Below are positions 22,820 to 35,608 of a stretch of DNA of 37,485 nt, in pieces. Position numbers and translations under genes: made by a program. Origin of the DNA: Octopus bimaculoides (lineage: Eukaryota); the NCBI RefSeq assembly GCF_001194135.2, contig NC_069002.1, forward strand, positions 32,379,316-32,416,800, given 5' to 3'. How positions within the stretch are numbered: position 1 is the stretch's first letter; every line of letters begins with the position of its first letter. The notes beneath the pieces were generated by a model. It saw only the letters and a list, made by a program, of their open reading frames with translations, ran no database searches and was not told the DNA's origin.

Positions 22820-23224
22820 GTTCAGACAATTGATGTTTGTATTCGTCTCAATAGATTCTTTAATTCATAGAATAAACAAAACCAAACAAAAATCAAGACG
22901 ACAAGAAATATTAGAAAGTAAGAAGCTTGAAGTAATGTAAAAGCAACCAACGGGTTGAATATATAATGATGATTCTTGTAGTGACCTGCTACTTTTGCTC
23001 TATTGCGTAATATATGAATAAGGAAACAAATATCCATTCTATAGAAACGTACGTAGCATAACAAAATAACGAATTCAATTCATTCATTATTGCAGCCCAA
23101 TATTTACATGCTCTCGGCAACAGTTTCTGAAAGAATATGTACGTATGTGCACATACATACACACATACATACATACATACATTCATACATATGTGCATAC
23201 GTACATACATAATTACTTATATTG

Positions 23225-23256
<32 letters not shown>

Positions 23257-23630
23257 TATNNNNNNNNNNNNNNNNNNNNNNNNNNNNNNNNNNNNNNNNN
23301 NNNNNNNNNNNNNNNNNNNNNNNNNNNNNNNNNNNNNNNNNNNNNNNNNNNNNNNNNNNNNNNNNNTATATATACGTCAAATCGCCTTACCATGTCTATC
23401 TTTAGTATATCAGGAGTCCACTTTGGTGGTCATTCCTCTTAATTTGTATGTAATATAATTTTTAATCTTCGGATTTTTTAAATACGTCAAGCCACTTGTT
23501 TTAATTGATTAATATCAATTTCTACCCTCATTATTTAATTTTTATAAGTATATATATGTATATATCTATTTATATATATATGTATATGTATGTGCGAGTG
23601 TATGTGTATGTGTACACATACATACATAAA

Positions 23631-23945
23631 TACAAGGGGCTTCTTTCAGTTTCAGTCTACTAAATCCACTCACAAGCTTTTGGCTGCTCTGGGGTTATAA
23701 CAGGAGAAATTTATCAAGAGGGCCATGGTCTTAGACTGTGTGTATATGTGTCATCGTTTGTATATTTATGTGTTCGAGCATTGCCACTGCTTGAAAACCG
23801 GTGTCGGTTTGTTTACGTATCCATAACGTAGCGGCACAGTTTAAAAAAGAACGATAAAATAAGGATCATAAAATATATAATACAAGGGTTGATTTATTCA
23901 ACTAAATTCTCGAAAGGGTTGCCAAGCATGGCTGCAGACTTTGAC
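23631..23945. mobile_element. Degraded SINE family A pieces: central part on - (23631-23730) next to a 3' half on + (about 23760-23945)
   Basis: GGGCTTCTTTCAGTTTC..TCTAC.AAATCCACTCACAAG (reverse orientation), followed by CTTGAAAACCGGTGTCGGTTTGTTTACGT...AGCATGGCTGCAG (forward orientation). Confidence 0.65.
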
Positions 23946-24119
23946 AATTGGAAGAATAAAGGGAACGGGAAATGGCCTCAGCTACAATGGCTTTGATCAT
24001 TGGTCTGCTCTATGTAGGTTGGCCAAAGGTCAAGCAACTATAACCGCGACAACTATCATAACGATGACCACCTCGAGGATGGTATAATCATCAGTAAAAC
24101 CAAAATAATCACGAAAGCC

Positions 24120-25424
24120 ACCACCACAGGGTGATCACTGTCACCACCACCACCACTACCACCAACATCGCCACCATTTCCACCATCTCCACCACCACCA
24201 TCACAACTACATCCGCCACTACAACTAACAACAAAATCACCACTGTCACCACCACTAATAACACCACAAAAGATAATCACCACCAAAACCACCACCACCA
24301 TCACCATCACCACCATCCCCACCATCATCACCACCAACGCCACCACCACCACCATCACCCCAGCACCACCACCACTACAACCACTACTACCACTAACAGC
24401 ACTACCACCACCATCACNNNNNNNNNNNNNNNNNNNNNNNNNNNNNNNNNNNNNNNNNNNNNNNNNNNNNNNNNNNNNNNNNNNNNNNNNNNNNNNNNNN
24501 NNNNNNNNNNNNNNNNNNNNNNNNNNNNNNNNNNNNNNNNNNNNNNNNNNNNNNNNNNNNNNNNNNNNNNNNNNNNNNNNNNNNNNNNNNNNNNNNNNNN
24601 NNNNNNNNNNNNNNNNNNNNNNNNNNNNNNNNNNNNNNNNNNNNNNNNNNNNNNNNNNNNNNNNNNNNNNNNNNNNNNNNNNNNNNNNNNNNNNNNNNNN
24701 NNNNNNNNNNNNNNNNNNNNNNNNNNNNNNNNNNNNNNNNNNNNNNNNNNNNNNNNNNNNNNNNNNNNNNNNNNNNNNNNNNNNNNNNNNNNNNNNNNNN
24801 NNNNNNNNNNNNNNNNNNNNNNNNNNNNNNNNNNNNNNNNNNNNNNNNNNNNNNNNNNNNNNNNNNNNNNNNNNNNNNNNNNNNNNNNNNNNNNNNNNNN
24901 NNNNNNNNNNNNNNNNNNNNNNNNNNNNNNNNNNNNNNNNNNNNNNNNNNNNNNNNNNNNNNNNNNNNNNNNNNNNNNNNNNNNNNNNNNNNNNNNNNNN
25001 NNNNNNAAACACACGCGAAAGATCTCTTGAACGTCGCTTGCAACATTGAGGGAAATAGAAAAGAAAAAAAAACCAAAGAACATGGAGACCACTTACCTTG
25101 TAGTAAATATATTGTATTAAAAGATGAAAATGGTTTTTAGCCAGAGGCGGTAATAAAGATTACGGTTCTGTGAATATGACAGGTGCAACAGCAACTGCAC
25201 CAAGAAGAGGAAGAACATGAAGAAGAAGAGGAAGAACATGAAGAAGAAGAGGAAGAAGCAGACGTTTCCTTGTTGAGAATGTGCAATTAAAGTGTGCAGC
25301 GATATTGTGGTGCCTCGCTTGAAATAAAAGTGTGCAGCGATTCCAATGTATGTGTTGGTTGGTCCGTCTAACTTCATACAGTGGTGAACGCTGTTCTTGC
25401 CGCTGTTGCTGCTGCTGCTGCCGT

Positions 25425-25457
<33 letters not shown>

Positions 25458-25458
25458 C

Positions 25459-25497
<39 letters not shown>

Positions 25498-25552
25498 ACT
25501 ACAGCTGCTGTTGCTGCTGGTACTACTACCACTACTACTACTACTACTACTG

Positions 25553-25596
<44 letters not shown>

Positions 25597-26057
25597 GCTT
25601 CTGCTGCTGCTGCTGCTGCCGTTGTTGCTGGTGCTGTTGCTGCCACCACGATCATTACCAAACAACATGTCATCNNNNNNNNNNNNNNNNNNNNNNNNNN
25701 NNNNNNNNNNNNNNNNNNNNNNNNNNNNNNNNNNNNNNNNNNNNNNNNNNNNNNNNNNNNNNNNNNNNNNNNNNNNNNNNNNNNNNNNNNNNNNNNNNNN
25801 NNNNNNNNNNNNNNNNACCACTTCTTCTACTACTACTACTACTACTACTACTATCAACGCCACCACCACCACCACCACTGTTGTCAGTACTCACACTACC
25901 ACCACTACCATCTCTAACCACTTGCGTTATTTAGGACACCTAGCCACAACTCCGCCATCACTATCATGGTTATCATTATCATAATCATTTCTGTGACCCG
26001 GAAATTTCCTCCTCCTCCGCCTCCTCTTCTGCACTGTCATTCACAATTTGTGATCAT

Positions 26058-26100
<43 letters not shown>

Positions 26101-26249
26101 GCTCCTACCATCACCATTATTATATCACCAGCAAGACCACCACTGTCGTAACAACCACCACCATCACCACCACCACCACCACTATCACCACCACCATTAC
26201 TACCACCATTACCATCATCAACATGACCACCACAACCACCACCATATCT

Positions 26250-26300
<51 letters not shown>

Positions 26301-26618
26301 GTCATCATCAGCACCATCATCATCATCCCTGTTACCGCTTCCGCCCTTTGTCATCACATCCTCCATCAATGTCATTTCAGGCACACGTACGATTAAAAAA
26401 CAAAATAAACAAAACCATTTCCAGCAACACCACCAGAGTCACCCGGGCACTGAACAGCAAATGCCACCACAGTCACCATAACCACAACCATCCCCATCGT
26501 CATCACCACCACCACCACCACCACCATCATGATTCTCACTATTACTAACATCACCACCGCCACCACCACTATTATCACCACCACCACCACCATCTTCACA
26601 AATGCCATAATCACCCCG

Positions 26619-26664
<46 letters not shown>

Positions 26665-26860
26665 ACACCACCGTCAAAACGGGACCACTATTATCACCTC
26701 CATAACCACCATCGCTCCCAGCATCCATCTCAGTTGACATCGTCACTGCCACACTCCCCAAAACCGCCATCATCTTCGTAGCTAATATCACCAAGAATTG
26801 AACAACCGACTGCCCAACACGCCTACAACCACTTCTGAACACCACTCCTTCCTCTTAACC
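24120..26860. repeat. Cluster of decayed trinucleotide repeats (CAC, CAT, ACT, GCT) with gaps
   Basis: Direct reading. This cluster is the source of the poly-T/H/S/V/M pseudo-ORFs. Similar tracts occur at 12050-12230, 13650-13860, 15680-15875, 16290-16636, 28030-28145 and 34380-35340. Confidence 0.9.
25097..25194 (-). other. Candidate non-coding (5' UTR) exon of the minus-strand gene
   Basis: Consensus donor CAAG|GTAAGT at 25097/25096. A long pyrimidine tract ends in TGCAG| (25195), with a second CAG| at 25168. Stops occur in all three frames and there is no ATG. The link to the 7783 exon is inferred. Confidence 0.5.
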
Positions 26861-28034
26861 TCCCCCGCCCCGAGTTATTAGAATAATCGAGTTAGTCGCT
26901 CTTGAACTAATTATCCTATTATATTTGCTAATATCCTCCTTTATTCCGCGCCATTAGAACAGAGAGGAGGGATTGTCTCTTTAGCAGGTCTTATCCATTT
27001 CGTTTCCTTAAAAAACAAAAAGGAAACAAACATTCACTGCTCTTNNNNNNNNNNNNNNNNNNNNNNNNNNNNNNNNNNNNNNNNNNNNNNNNNNNNNNNN
27101 NNNNNNNNNNNNNNNNNNNNNNNNNNNNNNNNNNNNNNNNNNNNNNNNNNNNNNNNNNNNNNNNNNNNNNNNNNNNNNNNNNNNNNNNNNNNNNNNNNNN
27201 NNNNNNNNNNNNNNNNNNNNNNNNNNNNNNNNNNNNNNNNNNNNNNNNNNNNNNNNNNNNNNNNNNNNNNNNNNNNNNNNNNNNNNNNNNNNNNNNNNNN
27301 NNNNNNNNNNNNNNNNNNNNNNNNNNNNNNNNNNNNNNNNNNNNNNNNNNNNNNNNNNNNNNNNNNNNNNNATTCCTATCCATCTACAATTCTCTTCTAC
27401 AGCAAAAAAAAAAAAGAAAAAAAAAAGAAAAAATACTTCTGGTTAAGAATTGTTTCTCCTGTATTTACCCTTCTTGGCATTTAGTTTTCTTTATTAAAAG
27501 AGGATTTTTTTTTTGTTAAGTAAATTTTATTTTTAAATATACTTGTTTGTTATATTCAATATCCTTGAAATTGATTTAAGAAAATGATAAGATAATGAAA
27601 TAAAAAATAATAAAATGATATAAATAAATATGAAGAAAACCCCGTCAAGGATGAAATAATTGTAAGAATTCAGCTGAGAATAAACCCATACGTTACACTT
27701 CAGAAAGTTTTAAAATGATGTCGGGAAAGGAAACACACACATACACACACGTACACATACGGTGCACTCGATACATACACAAAAGTACATACATACATAC
27801 ATACATACATAAAAAAGATATTGAAGAAAAGAAATCCGAAAAAAAAAGGAAAACAAAACAAAAGGTAAAGCACCCCTACCATCTCCAAAACAAACAAAAT
27901 GCCTGGAATTCATTGAAATGCTAAATTTACAACCAATTAATGAATTTTTTCCTTTATTGAAACCAATTGACAGAACCACAAGAGTCTTAATTCCTGTTCA
28001 ACATTGAAATGTAATACCAAAGAAAATAATGACG

Positions 28035-28142
<108 letters not shown>

Positions 28143-29156
28143 GCAATGATATTGGTATTATTTTCAATGTGTTTCTTTTCATAATTCTTTTATAAATGGC
28201 AGCCAATCCTTGTTAATTGGCAAAGAAATGTAATGATTTTATGATGATGGCGCTAACAGAGCAATAAATTGAGGTGAAGAACTTGTTGAGAGTTGGTTAT
28301 TTGCCAAATGAAACAATATAATAAGACTTGGATGAAAGTTTCTCTTTGACAAAAATTGAAGTGTAAAATTGTAAACTATAATAATAATAAAAAAATCCTT
28401 CTCAAAATACTGGATAAAAAGAGAGAAAGAGAGAGACAGAGGAAGATAGAGAGTGTGTATAAGAGAAAGAGGGAGAGAGAGAAGGTTAGGTTAAAAGGAG
28501 AAAGTAAACCAATTTATCCTATCAGAAATGGCTGAGGTTATTTAGTACAACGTGAACGAACTAAAATGGACACTTCTACGTAAGAACGTTGTTTAGAGAA
28601 AGTCTTCGATACACGCGTTTAGTTTAAGTTGTTCGTAGGAAAGAATCGGGATTTTGTATAACACACTCTAAGCTTCTAAGAAGCCTTGATACAACTCACA
28701 AAAACCAGTCCTAGTTACTTGTAACACCGTAAATATGGAAACGAAAGAATTAGCTCTTAGCTAAAACACAAGGTTGCATGATGTCTTTTGCGTTGCGCAG
28801 ACCCTATATCACCCTTAAAGATCATACGTCAAGTTTTCTCTCCAAGTGATTTGCAACCAGTATGCTCATCCTCGACGCTGTTAATCCGATAATTCGAAAT
28901 ATTATCAGGCGAATGCAACAGATTCACACAGCTCGAAACAGAAGCCTTTTATCGTTCTGTCATTCAATCGTTCCTCATGAACTCTTTAAAATTCGAGTGA
29001 ACACTCGTCCTCATCAGCAATCTTGTTAGAGGATAATAATGAAGGCGAGGTAGTCAAGGATGTGCCCTGACGACTCTTACTGGTGCAAATGAGAATGTAA
29101 GCGTCTGTTATATGCGTGCGTTTACATATGAAGAAATGTATATACTTATTCATGTA

Positions 29157-29190
<34 letters not shown>

Positions 29191-29216
29191 AGTTTGTCTG
29201 TCTTCTATCTCTCACC

Positions 29217-29247
<31 letters not shown>

Positions 29248-29334
29248 GACATACATACATATATATATATATAATATAATATAATATAATATGATATAAT
29301 ATAATATAATATAATATAATCAGCTTAATTTTCT

Positions 29335-29680
29335 TCGTTCATAGTCGAAAGACATCTGTTGTTTTGTCCTGTTATAATTCCTACTGTATTTGTGTAACAT
29401 TGTTCGTTTTTTTCCATCCTTGTTTATGTTTACATTCGCTGCTTTCTTTCAAGGATCTAATGCTCTGAGCTTAGTTTCTCCTTGGGGCTGGCCAGATTGG
29501 AGCAATATCGAGAATAACCAGCCGAAATTGCAAGGATCAGCTGGATCTCGACTGAAGAGAGAAAACTCCGAATGACCTGTCCGTGTTTACTTTGAATCGT
29601 CCATCTGGATATTTTGTTGTCCCTATCTTGTATCACCTAACTGTCTGGATGTTTTGTGTTCTTGTCCCATTCTGTATTAT
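29335..29680 (+). repeat. Unclassified repeat-like segment with two hammerhead-like relics (possible PLE pseudo-LTR)
   Basis: GGCTGG/CCAGCC-GAAA (29486-29527) and CTGAAGA-GAG-AAAA-CTC-C-GAAT (29552-29573); internal repeat TCTGGATRTTTTG. Confidence 0.4.
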
Positions 29681-30003
29681 AGGAGTGGCTGTGTGGTAAG
29701 TAGCTTGCTTACCAACCACATGGTCCGGGGTTCAGTCCCACTGCGTGGCATCTTGGGCGAGTGTCTTCTACTATAGCCTCGGGCCGACCAAAGCCTTGTG
29801 AGTGGATTTGGTAGACGGAAACTGAAAGAAGCCCGTCGTATATATGTATATATGTGTGTGTATGTATGTATGTTTGTGTGTCTGTGTTTGTCCCCCCAAC
29901 ATCGCTTGACAACCGATGCTGGTGTGTTTATGTCCCCGTAACTTAGCGGTTCGGCAAAAGAGACCGATAGAATAAGTACTAGGCTTCTAAAGAATAAGTC
30001 CTG
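29681..30003 (+). mobile_element. SINE family A, near full length (3' end in gap)
   Basis: tRNA-like head, CORE-like TTGGGCGAGTGTCTT, internal (TA/TG)n and 3' half. Matches 6157, 10533 and 12952. Confidence 0.95.
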
Positions 30004-30043
30004 NNNNNNNNNNNNNNNNNNNNNNNNNNNNNNNNNNNNNNNN

Positions 30044-30086
<43 letters not shown>

Positions 30087-30446
30087 AAAGAGCGTTGTAG
30101 TTCGCTTGAAGCATTATTGTACAGAAGTAGAAAGTGAAATGGGAAATAAATAAAGCTTCTAAAAATGTGAACAATGCAGAAAGTTTTAGAAAAAAGCCTT
30201 TATATTTCGGGATGAAAGGCCTATTTTCAGAAATAAGCAGTCCAAGAAATGTGTATTTACATCAATTTCATTATTTTTAAACTGTTCTTCCAACTGTTTA
30301 AGATACAACGAAAGTTTTAAAATATAACTGAAAGAAAAGGAAGAGATATCATGGTTATAATATCTCTAATCATAGGTTTGTTGGCTCAGTGCAGTCTTGG
30401 GGCTAAGTTATAATACAATAATCATCATAATAACTTTAATAATGAT

Positions 30447-30596
30447 GGTGCTCGACTGGTACTTATTTTATTGACGCCGAAAGGATAAAAGGTAAAGTCG
30501 ACCCAGCCGGAATTCGAACTCAGATCGTAAAGACGGACGAAATACTGCTAAAGGATATTCCTCGGCGTGCTAACGATTCTGCTAGCTCGCCGCCTT
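30447..30596 (-). mobile_element. SINE family B
   Basis: ACTGGTACTTATTTTATTGACGCCGAAAGG...GGAATTCGAACTCAGA...GCTAGCTCGCCGCCTT. Confidence 0.85.
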
Positions 30597-31104
30597 TAAT
30601 GATATTAATAACAATGTAAATTTTCTAATAACATATTAAGGCTGTCGTCTGCCAGCTATAACCAAACAAACAACCAAAAAGGCAGCCAAACAAAAACATT
30701 GGAACCACAATAGACCAGAATAAACTAGCGACCAATTATTGTACTGAATTCTTGCCATGATGTTCTGCGAGTAAAGGTTTCCACGGAATTGTTTTGTTCC
30801 ATTTTAAGACAATTATCTGACTTCCTGTGATGTTGGAAGAAATTGTACAATCGAACAAATTTTTCTATGATTAAACATCCTTTTGTTTCCTACAAAATCT
30901 TCTGCACAAACATTTCACGTTGAACTTTCTTTTATTATATCCAACATTCAGACTACTTCGCCAACTCTCAATATCGTTGTAACTATGAAACGGGAACGTC
31001 CTATCTATCTGCTGGAAATAGTAGCCAAATCTCATTTCATTTCATGAATCGCCTTACAAAATAACAAAAGTACATTTTAGATAATGTAGGCATATACATA
31101 CACA

Positions 31105-31490
31105 GTGGAGGCGCAATGGCCCAGTGGTTAGGGCAGCGGACTCGTGGTTATAGGATCGTGGTTTCGATTCCCAGACCGGGCGTTGTGAGTGTTTCTTGAG
31201 CGAAAACACCTAAAGCTCCATGAGGCTCCGGCAGGGGATAGTGGCGAACCCTGCTGTACTCTTTCACCACAACTTTCTCTCACTCTTTCTTCCTGTTTCT
31301 GTTGTGCCTGTAATTCAAAGGGTCAGCCTTGTCACACTGTGTCACGCTGAATCTCCCCGAGAACTACGTTAAGGGTACACGTGTCTGTGGAGTGCTCAGT
31401 CACTTGCACGTTAATTTCACGAGCAAGCTGTTCCGTTGATCGGGTCAACTGGAACCCTCGACGTCGTAAGCGACAGAGTGCCAACAACAA
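31105..31490 (+). mobile_element. tRNA-derived SINE family C, full length, 11-bp TSD ATACATACACA
   Basis: A box TGGCCCAGTGG, B box GGTTTCGATTCC, (CAA)n tail; TSD at 31094-31104 and 31491-31501. Confidence 0.95.
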
Positions 31491-31533
31491 ATACATACAC
31501 ACATATACATACATTCGTACGTACATACATACG

Positions 31534-31812
31534 GTGGAATGTCCTAGTGGAAAACTCAATAAAATGTAAACACAATAGACCTGATATAACGACTTGGGAT
31601 AAGGATGAGAATCTGTGTACGGTTGTGGAAATCAGCTGCCCATCGGACGTTAACATAAAGCTGAGATCAGTGGAAAAGAGAGCACATATGCTGAACTATT
31701 GAGAGATCTGCAGTTACTCTATCTAGATAACAAGTTCAGGTTTATACCTGTAATTATTGGGGCACTGGGATATGTAACACATTGCATAAAAACCAATCTT
31801 GATAAATTGGGC
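31534..31812 (+). mobile_element. R4/Dong-like LINE RLE-domain fragment
   Basis: WNVLVENSIKCKHNRPDITTWDKDENLCTVVEISCPSDVNIK..EK / TYAELLRDLQLLY...FIPVIIGALG..NLDKLG (PD-(D/E)xK RLE), with one frameshift. Confidence 0.85.
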
Positions 31813-32059
31813 TGTGCATACCTTTCAATGCCATGCATGTCATAAGGCTTGCAAATCTAACGGAGGCCTCAAAAGACATTTTAAGATCCACAAAGATCAG
31901 AACTTAACTGCAGTTCTTGGTGGTCCAAATCGGATATGCAATCTATGTGGGTGTCCTTTCAAAACATTGTCTGGTTTAAAAAGCCACATCAGACGCCATG
32001 ATGGATCTAAGGTGTAGGTACAGGAGGTGGTCAGATTCTGCATAAGGAGTAGACAAACA

Positions 32060-32090
<31 letters not shown>
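31813..32090 (+). mobile_element. RTE-like LINE 3' end encoding two C2H2 fingers, with (CA)n tail
   Basis: FQCHACHKACKSNGGLKRHFKIH and ICNLCGCPFKTLSGLKSHIRRH, then a stop, a short UTR and (CA)n. The CxxC..S.xGLxxH pattern is typical of RTE C-termini, and there is no TGEKP linker. Confidence 0.6.
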
Positions 32091-32094
<4 letters not shown>

Positions 32095-32179
32095 AATTTG
32101 TGACAATTATGTATTTTTCCTATATTATATATGCGCGTGTGCGTGTGAATGTATGTATATATACGCGAGTATATATATG

Positions 32180-32249
<70 letters not shown>

Positions 32250-32385
32250 CATATGAATGCATGTATATGCGTGTATAGAAGTATAGTTCATATATATGTG
32301 TATTTATGAGAGTTCGTGGGTGTATGTATATTTGAATATGGGTGAGCATGGAGAGAGAGAGAAAATGAAGTTGAGAGAGAGAGTT

Positions 32386-32416
<31 letters not shown>

Positions 32417-32529
32417 AATTGAGAGAGGGAGGGAGAGAGAAAGAGAATGAGAGAAAAATAAAGAGTGACAGTATTAGAGTGAAAGAAAGAGGCGGAGAAA
32501 AGAGATAAAGAGTAAGAGAAAAAGAAAGA

Positions 32530-32586
<57 letters not shown>

Positions 32587-33043
32587 AAGAGTGACAGTAC
32601 TGGAGGAAATAAACAGATGGGGGAGAAGAAAGAAAAAGAGTAAGAGGGAGAAAGAAAAATAAGAGAGAGAGAGAGTGAGAAAGAGAGAAAGAGAGAGAGA
32701 GAGTGAGAGAGATGGTGCCACAACCATTTACGTTCTTCTCATCGACTCATTGACCGTCTGTTGATGATTGTAACATTCTGTAGAAATCCCACTATCTGAT
32801 TAATTAAAGAGTCATTCATTAGCCAATTTATTGGTTTATGGATGTGTAGATGTCTGTCTTTCTGTGTGTATGTGTGTGTGTGTGCGTGTTAGTGTCTGTG
32901 TATGTGTATTTTTGTAAATGATTGCGGATATGTATGTGTTGGTGTGCGTATGCAATTCTGTATTTGCTTATATGTATATGTGTATGTATAAGTATATGTG
33001 TGTCTATATATGTATTGGTGTACGTGTATGTATCTATGTAAGT

Positions 33044-33111
<68 letters not shown>

Positions 33112-34405
33112 ATGTGTGTATATATATATATATACATTGGTGTGTCTGTCTTTGTATATGTATTACTGTACGTATATATTTGTATATATGTTTGTGTATA
33201 TGTGCGTGTATTTGAGTGTATATATGTGTGTATTTGCACATATATTTGCATATATTTGTGTATGTGTGTATGTGTGTGTGTCTAGTTTTTTCGATTTTGT
33301 TGTTGTTGTTGTTAGTTTCTTCCTTCCCGCCCCTTCATTCCTTCTTCATTCGTTTCATTGGGGATTGTTGAATATTGTTGTTTTTCTTCTTCGTGTTCTA
33401 CTTCATTTCCCCCCCCCCTCCTACGCCTACTTCATATTCATCAATATAATCACTCCACCTCCATTATCGACGTCGTCCCCCTCCTCATGATCATCATCAT
33501 CATCACAATCCCCCTCCTCCTCTTCATCATCATAATAATCATTATCATCATCAACTTGATCGTAGTCGTCATCATTATCACCATCATCATCATCATTAGC
33601 ATCATCTTACTGTTCCGCTCCCCGTTCCTCTTCCTCTTCCTCCTCCTCTTCCTCCACTCCTCCTTCTTCTCCTCTTCCTTCTCTTCTTTCTCCTCTTTAA
33701 ACTTCTTTTCCTATTCTTTTTTTTTCTTCTTCATTCTTCTGTTTTCCTTCCTCCTCTTCTCCCTCTCTATTCTTGAACCCCTAAGTTTCCCCCCTCTTCG
33801 TCTACATCCCTTTCTTGCTCTTCCTTCCTCTCATTCATTCTTCTTCTTCTTCTTCTTCTCCTCCTTCTCCTTCTCCTCCTCCTCCTCCTCCTCCTCCTCC
33901 TCCTCCTTCTTCTTCTTCTTCTTCTTCTTCTTCTTCTTCTTCTTCTTCTTCTTCTTCTTCTTCTTCTTCTTCTTCTTCTTCTTCTTCTTCTCCTTCTACT
34001 TTCTGCTCTTCTTCTACTTCTTCCTTCTTCTGCATCGTCTTCGACTATCTTCTCCTTTTCCCCCTCCTCTTCCTTTTCATTTTCAAAATCGATCGATCGA
34101 ACTGTATCGCACAAAAGATCGATAGTTCTTCCACGGTTCTACTTCACAGTGGTTACTTTTCAAACGAAGTGTTTATGGATTGGTTGGAATTTGTCGCCAT
34201 GGTAATCAAAGAAAATTAGTCAAGAGGAAACATCTCTTAAAATTCCAGCTAAACAATCACCAAATTCCCGAAGAGTGATAAAAGATACTTTTAAAGTCTG
34301 ATACAGAATTCTTCACTTACGCTTACCAAAAAAAGCCAAAAATACCCAAAACAAACAACAAACAATCAATAACAACATAATATATTAATATTAATATTAA
34401 CAAAT

Positions 34406-34450
<45 letters not shown>

Positions 34451-34552
34451 GTAATAATAATATTAATAATAATAATAATAATAGTAACGCCTTCCTTTTA
34501 CTACAACTACTACTACTACTACAGATAATAGTAATGTTAATAATGATGATAA

Positions 34553-35064
34553 AGTTTCCAAATTTCGACACGAGGCCAGCAATTTCGGGGGGAGGAGTCG
34601 AGGGTTGAGGGTTAAGTCGATTACATCAACACCAGTACTCTACTGGTACTTATTTTATCGACCCCGAATAATCCTTACTAGGAATATACATTGAGGAAGC
34701 TTCTGCTGCTGCTGCTGCTGCTGCTACTACTACTACTACTACTACTACTACTAGTGGTGATGATTCTGCTCTTGCTCCTATTGTCGCTAGGAGTCGCTGT
34801 AGCAATAATAATGTTTAATAGAAAAATATAATAATAATAATAATAGTAATCCTTTCTACTGGAAGCACAATGCCTCAAATTTGGGGGAAGGGATTAAGTC
34901 TTATTACATTGAGCCCCCACTGTTTCACTGGTATTTGATTTATCGACCCCGGAAAAGTAAAGTCGACCTCGTCGGAATTTGAACTCAGAACGTAGCGACG
35001 GGAGGGGAAATATCGCTAAGCATTTTGTCCAGCGTGCAAACGATTCTGCCAGCTCACCGCCTTA
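34553..35064 (-). mobile_element. Two SINE family B copies (34553-34667 partial; 34848-35064) in trinucleotide repeats
   Basis: GGCCAGCAATTTCGGGGG..AAGTCGATTACATC..CTGGTACTTATTTTATCGACCCC; AAAGTCGACCTCGTCGGAATTTGAACTCAG...CAGCTCACCGCCTT. Confidence 0.85.
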
Positions 35065-35076
35065 ATAATGATGATG

Positions 35077-35163
<87 letters not shown>

Positions 35164-35569
35164 GTGGTGGTGGTAGTTGTAGTCGTACTAGTAGTAAAAG
35201 CAGTAGTGATATCTGTTATAGCAGCAGTTGCATTATTATTATTAGTGGTGATGGTGGGAGGTGTGGTGGCGGTGATCATCATTGTCGTCGTCGTAGTAGT
35301 AGTAATATTAAGGGCAGCAGCAGCAGCAACAAGTAATCAAAAGCAAGTAACAGGCGACGTTTGATGTTACTGAGCAAGGGATCAATGGAGCTGAAAAAGA
35401 AATGAATTTCGACTCGGATAATTCTTATGGGACAGCACTCGGTCACATTGTGTGTGGCACGGTGTGCGTGCGTTGTTTCTGCGCATGCGTATATATGTAC
35501 ATCTATATATATGCATGTATGTATGTATGTATGCACGTTCCTATTCATGTATATATGTGTGTGTGTATA

Positions 35570-35608
<39 letters not shown>

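Noticed and set aside
24010-24133. Plus-strand acceptor CTCTATGTAG followed by VGQRSSNYNRD...
   Set aside because: The acceptor lies within a degraded repeat 3' end and the frame runs into CAC-type low complexity.
26381-26481. Plus-strand TTTCAG acceptor followed by GTRTIKKQNKQNHFQQHHQSHPGTEQQMPPQSP*
   Set aside because: It is embedded in decayed CAC/CAT repeats that produce Q/H/P-rich frames, and no upstream plus-strand exon was found.
31799-32017. C2H2 ORF as a host zinc-finger gene
   Set aside because: It has a non-ATG start inside a LINE fragment, no splice signals, no TGEKP linker and a retroelement-like tail.
34146-34219. SGYFSNEVFMDWL (pogo DDE-like) on + and MATNSNQSINTSF (GPCR-like N-terminus) on -
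   Set aside because: Both are too short, with no supporting motifs or usable continuation.
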